DNA of 64,000 nucleotides from Phoronis australis (Eukaryota; Animalia; Phoronida): positions 95,737 to 159,736 of the forward strand of contig NMRA01000570.1 of NCBI GenBank assembly GCA_002633005.1. Direction: 5' to 3'. Below the pieces are notes generated by a model, which did not search any database, was not told where the DNA came from, and was given only the letters and a program-made list of their open reading frames with translations. The number at the start of each line of letters is the position of its first letter. The stretch's first letter is position 1. This document shows, piece by piece, positions 56,901-64,000 of the stretch. The translations under genes and the position numbers were made by a program.

Positions 56901-58716
56901 ACATGATACTGCAGCAGACATGATACTCAAACCTAAAGGTACATGTATACGACAACTATTCAATACGTAACCCATGACAACATACTGGAAGTATCCTATG
57001 ACAACTTCTTACCACTTCAAATAATTGCAGGCTATGTTACCATGGAATCTCACCAATTTAGGACACAATATGGCCGACAGGGGAAATTCTACTTCTTCAT
57101 TTTTTAACAAAGTTATTTCCAATAAATGCTTTGTCATTTTTAAAAATCTGCACCACACCTACCATCGCTCATTGATAACATGAGAAATTGCGATCATTCA
57201 ACACAGTGTTGGAAGCCTTTCAAAGATAAAAATCACCAAGTTTGGAAATTATTTTTATCTGAAATTGGTAAGATTTTACCATGTGTGTTGTCTGAAACAT
57301 TTCATTAACACTGTAGCACCCACTCTTAGCTGTTATTCACTCCAGTTTTGCTACCAAAAGTTTCTTTCAAACGACCTTGAAAATTGATCCATTCATTTTC
57401 AGTGCAACTCTCAGACTGTTGAAATTCCACTTGTATTTCAAAAAATGTCACCTGAAATTTAATCCTCAGTAGGAGAACTAAATGTAATTAATCTACTTGT
57501 ATATTAGTTACTGGGGTTTTAACCAATACATCTGCCTTCAAGACTGTTGCACTTGTTGTGACAAAATTTAATTGGTTTCAATGAATTTACAATGGTACCA
57601 ATGAAGATATATACATAGTTAAAAACTGACAACGAATTGTGAACCATTTTTAGCATTTCTGAATGAAAACAGTGAGGACAGTACAAAAAGTAAAGCAATT
57701 TAGCACGATTCTTTTTTGGATTATAATATCCCTATCTTTTTTGGATTATAATATCCCTATCTTTTTTGGATTATAATATCCCTATGTTGTTACCATGAAC
57801 CTGAGCTATTTCAAATCCAGCATTCCTTTGTTCTGGTTGCTAGCATTACATAACTTATCCATTTATGAGTTTAATTTCCCCCCTTGTTTATTTTTTCACT
57901 GAGACCACAGCCTCTGCCTCTAAGTTAAAGCTTCTAAGCTGCTAGGCCTTCTCTCTTGAATAGTCTCATTGTATTTGTGATACAGGAAACAGTACTTTAC
58001 ACTGAGAAAATGTGGAATAAATCCCATTCTATTCTATGCAAAGCAAAGATTTGTTTTCTGTCAGTGTTGTCAAGTAACCCACAAGAAGTTAATTATTGAC
58101 TCATACTTATTTGATGTTAATGATCTACTGAAAGTAACTTATTGTGATGATACCACTCAAGCAAATTCATGGTAAACATTCCAGTTTAATGACAAGACAA
58201 GACATTTAGCTAGTCGATTTCAACAGCACTGCAATGTCAAGCAGCTCTCCGTTATTTACCAGTTTACTACGAGTAATTTACAATGTGTCTTTTCAATTTC
58301 GCGACCAGTTACGTAAGTAGCCTATTTTCCTCTACAAGTTCAACGTCCAGTCGCTTTGGGAGTTGTGGCAGTTGACGCAACGTCTACACGAAGCGTTCTA
58401 AATAACTGGCTGAAAATTCAATGGAATAGAACGACAACTATTTCTTCCAAATCAGCCCGTTATCGTGAAGACCCCCACTGCAGGTCAACTTTGTTAACAT
58501 TACCTCGTCAGCAGCACTGGCTTCGGTATTTCCCTTATCAAGACCCCGTAGAATGTTTTCCAGAACACTCCATTCGCCTTTTTGGCACAGCGACAGGATT
58601 TTGGAACTACTTGAATTGGTCGATCCTGAGCTGATCGACAAAGTGTCCGTGTCAGCCTCCATCCCAGTATCGGACCCTTTGGTTGATCCGCCGCTCGAGC
58701 TCGCACGAGCAGACAT
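11754..58716 (-). CDS. trpn1: TRPN1/NompC mechanosensitive TRP channel, whole coding span (29 coding exons, about 1670 aa)
   Basis: All exons join in frame through GT-AG introns; 29 ankyrin repeats collinear with NompC as I recall it; NompC-typical LLSPAPVDTAAK, FHHLFGPWAIII, INLLIAMMSDTYQRIQAQSDTEWKFG and RIEDVIDW segments. Confidence 0.95.
12040..12245. repeat. Dispersed repeat fragment (related copies at about 59840-59960, 61300-61462 and 61925-62050)
   Basis: gcgccattttcgaattc and ttttcgtttt(a/t)agccagct(g/a)aacaggg shared with 61310-61450; tgttcttgtt motif shared in reverse with about 59940 and 62040. Confidence 0.6.
12873..13028 (-). CDS. trpn1: TRPN exon 28
   Basis: 156 nt, phase 1-1; KICSAHAQEYINEEEDLD...NWLRNVVRRNTQIVPE; gtgagt donor; not present in the ORF track. 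Confidence 0.85.
13832..15212 (-). CDS. trpn1: TRPN exon 27 (linker, S1-S6, pore, TRP domain)
   Basis: ttttccag acceptor; FVFDLMVCGK...FFSLFGLVEPEN...EWKFGRAKLIRNM...KHR; gtaagc donor. Confidence 0.96.
15647..15853 (-). CDS. trpn1: TRPN exon 26 (last two ankyrin repeats)
   Basis: NGWTALHFAAKAG...LMEDKK; 207 nt, phase 0. Confidence 0.93.
16998..17195 (-). CDS. trpn1: TRPN exon 25 (two ankyrin repeats)
   Basis: GAIPLHLAAQSGH...GRTGLHLSAANGH...DINTCDK; 198 nt. Confidence 0.93.
19369..19476 (-). CDS. trpn1: TRPN exon 24
   Basis: SGLTPLHLAAQSGHEGLVRLLLNSSGVMADAATNAQ; 108 nt. Confidence 0.92.
20605..20736 (-). CDS. trpn1: TRPN exon 23
   Basis: TGLTALHVAAHFGQIDFVREMLTKVPATVKSE...LSAE; 132 nt. 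Confidence 0.92.
21182..21280 (-). CDS. trpn1: TRPN exon 22
   Basis: DGMTAIHLAAKQGHVQILEALKGSVSWNITSSK; 99 nt. Confidence 0.92.
21699..21800 (-). CDS. trpn1: TRPN exon 21
   Basis: TNDSTSLHLAAEGGHTEVCRVLLDAGASASDENA; 102 nt; weak donor gtacga. Confidence 0.9.
22261..22365 (-). CDS. trpn1: TRPN exon 20
   Basis: NGMTCAHIAASKGSVAVIKELMKFNKVVMTTARNR; 105 nt. Confidence 0.92.
24464..24565 (-). CDS. trpn1: TRPN exon 19
   Basis: HGQTPLHLAAENDHSDVVKLFLKHKPELVTMANT; 102 nt. Confidence 0.92.
25462..25560 (-). CDS. trpn1: TRPN exon 18
   Basis: AKKTPLHLAAQNGQMEVCSTLLKMKADPVATDE; 99 nt. Confidence 0.92.
25973..26173 (-). CDS. trpn1: TRPN exon 17 (two ankyrin repeats)
   Basis: HGKAALHLAAESGH...KAFVNAKSKLGVTPLHLAAQNG...IDALTL; 201 nt. 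Confidence 0.93.
26717..26815 (-). CDS. trpn1: TRPN exon 16
   Basis: NGWSPLLVASEQGHLEIVKILLANHARVDVFDE; 99 nt. Confidence 0.93.
27375..27491 (-). CDS. trpn1: TRPN exon 15
   Basis: TSETSLHYCARAGNEDILLEIVKHIGPNKVQVAVNKQAQ; 117 nt. Confidence 0.92.
27755..28225. mobile_element. GC-rich PIF/Harbinger-like MITE in TRPN intron 14
   Basis: TIRs tacccccgtcacaccggaggtgcggtacc ... ggcaccgcgcctctggtgtgtgacgggata; TAA/TTA flanks; abrupt GC and CpG rise inside. Confidence 0.75.
28501..28629 (-). CDS. trpn1: TRPN exon 14
   Basis: EGESCVHYAAELTKKSAHGEFEDTDMIKLMLEYGGDTNQHSKY; 129 nt. Confidence 0.92.
28924..29052 (-). CDS. trpn1: TRPN exon 13
   Basis: NGETPLHIAVRYCHWGVANEIL...MLVNQQNL; 129 nt. Confidence 0.92.
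29294..29392 (-). CDS. trpn1: TRPN exon 12
   Basis: NGETALHIASRHGHLKMIRALLEEGADPLWQSK; 99 nt. Confidence 0.92.
29779..29880 (-). CDS. trpn1: TRPN exon 11
   Basis: NLETALHLAAETEDGESCAEMLIKSGADVNAVQE; 102 nt. Confidence 0.92.
31004..31105 (-). CDS. trpn1: TRPN exon 10
   Basis: DNYTALHIAVKAGKPQVVQTLLGFGAPVEIKGGP; 102 nt. Confidence 0.93.
31782..31880 (-). CDS. trpn1: TRPN exon 9
   Basis: SGAVCLHAAAEKGHTAVVRALLQKGATVDSKTK; 99 nt. Confidence 0.92.
32457..32657 (-). CDS. trpn1: TRPN exon 8 (two ankyrin repeats)
   Basis: LDRTSLHIVAERG...RTKDGSTLMHISS...KKGVPLHMPNK; 201 nt. Confidence 0.93.
34652..34753 (-). CDS. trpn1: TRPN exon 7
   Basis: FEGYTPVHISSWEGDEAMLKYLFLMKANANVVDK; 102 nt. Confidence 0.9.
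34842..35122. mobile_element. Foldback element with about 105-bp inverted arms, possibly a Penelope-like inverted terminal-repeat relic
   Basis: agtataagatgatcactta...gggatttcc pairs with ggaaatccct...taagtgatcatcttatact; each arm carries TTGATAAA-stem-loop-CGAAA. Confidence 0.75.
36150..36580. repeat. Old dispersed TTAA-type element, copy 2
   Basis: ccaaatatctacaaaac, cagttttc...gcaactttt...gaaatcatgaaagtc and tttctaagata motifs collinear with copies at about 9555 and 56150. Confidence 0.5.
36733..36831 (-). CDS. trpn1: TRPN exon 6
   Basis: DSGDSVLHVACRRKDTELAKLFVESGAPVDLQN; 99 nt. Confidence 0.9.
37444..37595 (+). mobile_element. Non-LTR retrotransposon (LINE) reverse transcriptase remnant
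   Basis: Translates as YSTADMFVLHILL...RLYCLFVDFKKAFDQVW...LKYK, the LINE RT 'DFxKAFD' motif, preceded by a frameshifted QAGF-like segment. Confidence 0.75.
37924..38028 (-). CDS. trpn1: TRPN exon 5
   Basis: DGCIPLFLAAEVGNLSVCKELLQQQTEHQVKTQRK; 105 nt. Confidence 0.9.
38757..38870 (-). CDS. trpn1: TRPN exon 4
   Basis: PKDQLPLHMACARSSGALPAVQHLFKVSGRDGRLAQDK; 114 nt. Confidence 0.9.
40446..40544 (-). CDS. trpn1: TRPN exon 3
   Basis: DNRTVMHYAASYAKEDIIKVLINRKADGTVAGG; 99 nt; gtgagt donor. Confidence 0.9.
41878..42000. repeat. 21-bp minisatellite, about 6 copies
   Basis: Unit ctgaa(a/c)(g/a)c(a/t)aaacatcagctt, with alternating variants. Confidence 0.95.
44177..44190. promoter_or_regulatory. 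RFX X-box-like palindrome in TRPN intron 2
   Basis: GTTACCATGGTAAC matches the GTTNCCATGGNAAC consensus; function not shown. Confidence 0.35.
50618..50719 (-). CDS. trpn1: TRPN exon 2 (first ankyrin repeat)
   Basis: ETGVTPLMVAVRENKLVVVERLLDLGVPVNDKAK; 102 nt. Confidence 0.92.
53494..53900. repeat. Degenerate tandem duplication with (ATC)n-like tracts
   Basis: About three diverged units sharing acatct..gtca(t/c)at.aatgt...gttcataat.gcc; ttttcagttaattt.gccaagtgt.gctc occurs twice. Confidence 0.65.
55073..55325. mobile_element. PIF/Harbinger-like MITE in TRPN intron 1
   Basis: TIRs gggcccgttccaagaaactgactta ... taagtcagttttgttggaacaggccc, flanked by CAG/CTG; inserted in an older repeat carrying caaaatatgaa and ctagagttgccc units. 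Confidence 0.75.
56150..56705. repeat. Old dispersed TTAA-type element, copy 3
   Basis: Same collinear motifs as the copies at about 9555 and 36150; ends in catcacttttaa. Confidence 0.55.
57711..57785. repeat. 25-bp tandem repeat, 3 identical copies
   Basis: cttttttggattataatatccctat x3. Confidence 0.95.
58504..58716 (-). CDS. trpn1: TRPN exon 1 (start codon)
   Basis: MSARASSSGG...KILSLCQKGEWSVLENILRGL...ADE, gtaatg donor; the KILxLxxKxEW segment resembles the pre-ankyrin helix of NompC. Confidence 0.85.
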
Positions 58717-60700
58717 CGTTGCTTTTCCACTAAAAGTTCTGACGAACGTACTGTCAATTAGTCATTCGAGATTGAAACCCCGATTGAAACACGCTTGCTC
58801 ATCCAAAATCTTCCATTTTTACATGCCTGGCCAAAACACATATCCGTCGAATAACTTCTTAACCATTTTACGAGCCGGAGACTCAAAACCATCATAAGAA
58901 ATAACCGGATTTACAAAAGTCCATCGAACGCGTCCGCAAGCGCCTATCGTCAAGTCTCTAGTGGAGACAAACGCGACATAATGAACACGCACTTGCGCAG
59001 AACTAATTCACGCTTAGCGATAACCGGATTAGTTACAAATACGCCGGCTGGAATGCATTCCGTCACGGCTCTAAAGATGACAGAATTCAGCACTTCAACT
59101 GAAGTTAAAATTCAAATTCAATTCAACCACTTGACGATCGACGAAATGTCACATGGACGCCGACTATGTTTACGACTGGGCGCTAGCATTGCACTGGCAA
59201 TCGACCAGACGGACTCGAAAAGGCGTAAAATTTGACGTAATGCTTTATTTGTGCAGCCTTCAAAATTCTGTGGGTTTCATGATTGCAACGGGATGACGAT
59301 AAACTGCACATCGTCGCATCCTTGACAGTCTATGCTTTCCGTCGGTGAGAAATTGTCTCTCTCGTATTTCGATATAGAGATCTGCTTTTTCAGCTATTCC
59401 TAATTCTCTTTCTAGAAGACGCGCCAGGCAGCGTTCCTGTATCATTGTTTCTACCATTTTTGATTGGTTATGAATTGTATTAGTGGAAATGCTGAGAATT
59501 TTCACACAGCTTCGAATTTTTCCACAAGCACATCGAGGTCATTAGCGTTTGATTGCTTCAGGGGTTGAGGCTTTTCTGGGGACCGTCGATTACATTTTCA
59601 CCGCATAAGCCTATTTAAAGAATGCAAGGACACGCGGCTTTGGGAGATCATTTGCACCTATGATTCGCTTCGAAGTACAAAAATTCGTTGATTTGAATTT
59701 TAGCCGTACCGGGTCCAGGAAACTTTGAACGCTAAGTTATTTGTAAACTGCTGTAACTACTTGGGTTTCGCGATCGCATCCAACTGAAACCATGAAAGAA
59801 CGCAAAAACATAAATGTAAAGAATATGGCTTTTTGAAATCAGCATTTAGCCCAGTTAAGCTGGCTTGGAAGGAAAATCGAACCAGGCCTTAAACTCCATT
59901 AGGTACTCCTTACTTTTTTAAGGTATTACTTCCGTTACCAACAAGAACATCGAAACCATCAGCGCGACGCAAAAGAAAAATCGCTTCAGTTTATTGGAGT
60001 CGGCTAACCGAGTCGAAAGTGGCTTATGAACGCATTCATTTGCCTCAGTGTGGTTTGTCTAATGAGTTGTGAGGGGTTGAGGGGGTGGTACTGTTTTAAC
60101 TCCTAAGCTCTCGGGTTGACTTCGGGAGGGGGGCTCGAACGAGTACCCCCATGTGGCGAAATGGGCAAAAAGGTCCGCGCAGACGCACAGTGAAGGTGGT
60201 ACCCCGTTTTTTTAGTCCTCCCGCTTTTTTGTCAGCAAAAGGTCCACATCGCCAGAAATCATGATTCGAGCTCCCCCTATATTAAAGGCTGGGTGCGCGC
60301 GTGCATTACCACTGCTGACAGGACAGGTGAATCTTCCTTGTCGCGAGCAATTGACAGAAACGTACTATACTCATTTGCCAAGCTAGAAACACGCGTTCCA
60401 TGAAAAAATAATTAAAAGTTATCGGATTTAGGCGACTTACTGTTGTTAAATGGGTCTTAGCTCGTTCACCTACGTAAAGGAGATTTCTTGGCTTGAGAAG
60501 GTGTGGCAGATCACAACAAGAACAGTTAAAAAATTTTCTTTGAAACGGCGGGTCATCTGTGCGCCGTGTTAGTTTCGGACCATAGACACAAAGACTTTTG
60601 TGTGTCAATGTTTTTGATGAACGGCGGGTTCAACGGTAGCTTCATTTCACATATTTCGTATGCACCAGTGCTACCGTTTGCTTAAATACTAACCACGCAC
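58717..60700 (-). promoter_or_regulatory. CpG-rich 5' UTR/promoter region of TRPN
   Basis: CG dinucleotides are visibly much more frequent here than in the TRPN introns; lies directly upstream of the ATG; TSS not determinable. Confidence 0.45.
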
Positions 60701-63477
60701 CTCAACAGTGGGAAATTTCTCGATAAATGATACGACATGCTGATCACGTTTACTGGGTTATCATTAGACAAAACGATATTTTTTCAATCACACTTTGACA
60801 ATGCATATTGCAAACAAATTACGCCTAAGCTATATAAATGAAGACTAAAAACGATAAACTGAAAAGATAGAAGAAGACTTTGCAAGAAACAAAATGTGTT
60901 TACCTTGATGGATTATTTTTAACAAACACATTTAAACCAAGTTTTCTCAACATCATCACAGTCCACGAGATACTTGTACTTCGGAGTTAGAGGTTTTTTT
61001 ATACGCCCCCTTTTCGAAGGTATACCCAGACCGTATTTTTGGGAAAGAAGACGACTAAAAACGACATTTTTCTAATTGCATGCCTCAAGGAATATTTTGT
61101 GTGGTTTGCTAAAAACAGACAACGTGAATTAACAAAATGTTTTGAGGGACGGGAAATGGTTAAAGCTGCATTGCACCCCAATTAGTTGGCTAAAAAACTA
61201 AAATCGAATTAGGCATTTTACTCCCAAAATCGTCTCATACTGTTCTATACCGTGATACATGTAGGATTCTATTTTCGTTACCAACTCATAGTTACACGCA
61301 ATGCGTACATGCGCCATTTTCGAATTCGCAATTTTTGGGTTGATAACCCCAAGGAAATCAGAAGCGTTTTTAGTCGCTGATAAGGAATAGTATGCGACCA
61401 ATTTTATGACAGTAAGAGGTTTCGTTTTTAGCCAGCTAAACAGGGCGAAATGCAACTTTAAAGTACGCCTGCGGTGGAACAGTTTCAACGTAAGGGTTCT
61501 ATATTTGTATATCACGGTAATTGATAACCTATTTAATAATACCGTATCTTCCTTGATACGCTATTCTCAGTTCATGACCTTTTCGAAAGTACAACGGGTC
61601 CATTTTGGGGTACCAAAGACCTAAAAATAGAATTTTCCAAATGGCCGCTTTTGGGTTTACTTTCGGTGGTGTAAATTCCATATGGAACATTTTCGATGAG
61701 ACACTCGGACTCACTCTACCCGATAATTTAGTTGGCTTTTTCAAAAATTTAGGCCTACCGAATAATTAAGCGCGTATAGGCCCTGGCGTCCAAATCGGAA
61801 ACAATTCGTTTTTCCAAAAGAATTTTTGCTCAAGCGTTTTGTACATAGTTTCTTTTACCGGCGTAGCTACTAATGCATTGTGGATGTGCGTGTCTTAAAA
61901 CTTCTATGATATCCGCCCCTGCTATCGTCCTGTTTAGCCCAGTGGCTCAAAACTAAAAATAGATTAGGATTTAACTGGCATAAAATGATCAGTCTCAAAA
62001 TATTCCGCATTCTGACAAAATTTCATTTCGGTTAGCAACAAGAACATAGAAGTCTCAACGACTGAGAAAATTCTCCAGATTCCATGTTGGGTTTGCAATC
62101 TATCCCTGTATAGAATATTAGGAGATCCATTTCATGAGAATAAAAGGCTTAAATTCCATTTTCGTTTTTTAAACTATTAAAGGGGATTGGGTATATTCGT
62201 GTTTTTTTCATATTTTTTTTTCATTCAATAGAAATTAGGGCTTAATTGAATACTGGTCAATGTTTACATTTTGTAAAAATATTAAATTTAGCTAGCACAA
62301 TATTCTAAAAATTTGTTCCCCCATTAATTGAAATATTTCTCCACCTAATTCCAGACAGTGAATTCATGCTAAAATTTCATGGGTTGATAATGTAGTGAAA
62401 ACTTCATAAGAATAGCAGTAGTCTACTCCAGCCAGACTGCAGCCCACCTACATGTATAGGTGTACCATATTTTATTTTGATATGATAGTTCGTTTACTTC
62501 TTTCTCACCTCAGTTAGGAAAGTCAAATTAATTGTTTACAGTCCCGTTATCAGTGCACCTCTGCCATATTGTACACAAGCACATTTACCTCCTGAGCACA
62601 AAAAGTCCTCATAAAATGAAAAGAAATACATACAGACCCTCCTCCATAGTAGGTAGCGGTTCTACAACAGTGAACAGTCAGTGCTGTAGTGGTAAAATTA
62701 GAGGTAAGTAGGCGCCCAATGTCCAGCGTATCATATTGAACACTGAATTTTATTTAAAGTGCATTGAATTCGCAAAACCCGACTCACAAACATGCAGGCC
62801 TATTTTTTTTTGACTCGCGAGTCGGTATTTACTTCGAGTTTGGAATGGCAAATCTAGGATGTCGCAGAAAGGGACCCAACCACACATATAGGAAAACAAA
62901 GGTCCACGTGCATTCCAAGCGGTCTCTGAAGGGGGGACAAACACAATTTTAAAGGAAAATAGGCGCGTAACGCCCAGAAACGATATACTGGCGGCGTTTT
63001 TTTTTTTAGTCGCCCGTGGGGTGTGTCCTCGGGGCCCTTCAGAACCCCTTTATCCGCCTACGGTATAACACCATATATTGTTACTTTATCTTGAAATATT
63101 AATCTAAAATTTTATTACTCGGCGAACATATGTTACTCCGTACGCTTGAAGACTAATTACACAAACAGGGTGTTACACAAGCACTGATGTTTCAATGAGC
63201 TTCAAACACTACGTACCCGCTACAGTGTGCACACCTGCACACACTCATACATAATGTACTAACTTGAAGCAGGGTTTTGTTGCAAGCAGCTGTTCTTATT
63301 TTTTAATTTAATTTTCGAATTAGTAAAACACCAGGTACTAGTGACCACTCAAAAGATAGAGCGCTTTATATAATAGTCACAGAATCCTCCACAAACTTTT
63401 TAGTCGGCAGTCTTGTTCTTTTCCAAGTTACGATGACTATGTGGACAGAGAACTATCAGCAGTTCCGTGTTATCGAA

Positions 63478-63996
63478 TCATCCACGTTTCGGCATAAGGT
63501 TGTGGGTCGAACACGGAAAGAGGGGATCGTTGACCTTGCCAAACAGCGAGCTGGATGTAGTTTCTAATAACAAACAGGAGAGTTCGTCAGTTACTATCCG
63601 ATTTATTTCGCTAAATCCTCGTTCACATTCATCTGTACTGCAAGGAAGAGTCCAGTTGTCACAGAGCACTTGGTAGGAAGTGTCAACCAGCTCCTCCATT
63701 TCTACGCTGTTGTGGCTACCAGCCCCAAACAGATCGCAAATACGCCCGACTTCGTGCTCGCCATGTTTTATCCCGGATTCCATCGGCCACGTTTTTCGGG
63801 TCCAAGATGCCAGAATAAAGCAAAATGACTGCTCATCATTCATATGTCCACGCCACTCCAAGGTCACGACAACTTTTTGAATAAATTGTCCAGGACCTAT
63901 TGTCACGGGCGTCGGAATATTCGGCAACAATGCTGTTGTCAGCGTCAGTAGCAGTGCATCGATACCGTAAGCTATGGTGTCAAGACTACACCCCAC
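63478..63996 (-). pseudogene. Decayed hAT-superfamily transposase, C-terminal dimerization region (ZNF862-like), running off the window end
   Basis: TLPCSTDECERGFSEINRIVT...SSSLFGKVNDP resembles the hATC motif P-x-S-T-A-x-C-E-R-G-F-S; upstream residues are only patchily plausible, suggesting indels. Confidence 0.7.
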
Positions 63997-64000
63997 TATA

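Noticed and set aside
57711-57785. Direct repeats as a CRISPR array (likewise 41878-42000)
   Set aside because: No spacers between units, no cas genes, eukaryotic context
58356-58897. Plus-strand ORFs antisense to TRPN exon 1
   Set aside because: Shadow ORFs of a GC-rich coding exon, with no independent motif
60050-63060. G/C-run-rich patches near 60070-60300 and 62930-63060 as intact MITEs or RNA genes
   Set aside because: They look like single-ended hAT-MITE remnants, but I could not pair termini, and no tRNA or snRNA structure is evident

Overview
AT-rich animal (probably non-vertebrate) genomic DNA with spliceosomal GT-AG introns. It holds two convergent protein-coding genes. (1) The last two coding exons of an inositol hexakisphosphate kinase (IP6K family) on the + strand, 956-2061. 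(2) A complete TRPN/NompC mechanosensitive channel gene on the - strand, ATG at 58716 to stop at 11754. I reconstructed it by hand as 29 coding exons and about 1670 aa, with 29 ankyrin repeats, 6 TM segments and a TRP box. All 26 introns in the ankyrin region are phase 0, mostly one repeat per exon, while the whole transmembrane region lies in one 1381-nt exon. Non-coding DNA is full of non-autonomous DNA transposons: a Helentron/HINE-like element with a nested MITE, plus PIF/Harbinger-, hAT-, Tc1/mariner- and TTAA-type MITEs. There is also a LINE RT remnant, a decayed hAT transposase at the right end, and short tandem repeats. The most unusual non-coding items are a perfect spacerless 112-bp palindrome in the putative TRPN 3' UTR, a foldback element whose two arms carry a hammerhead-ribozyme-like core, and several RFX X-box-like motifs in TRPN introns. 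I see no clearly new biological system; the findings are ranked hypotheses. Coordinates were counted by eye and may be off by a few bases.
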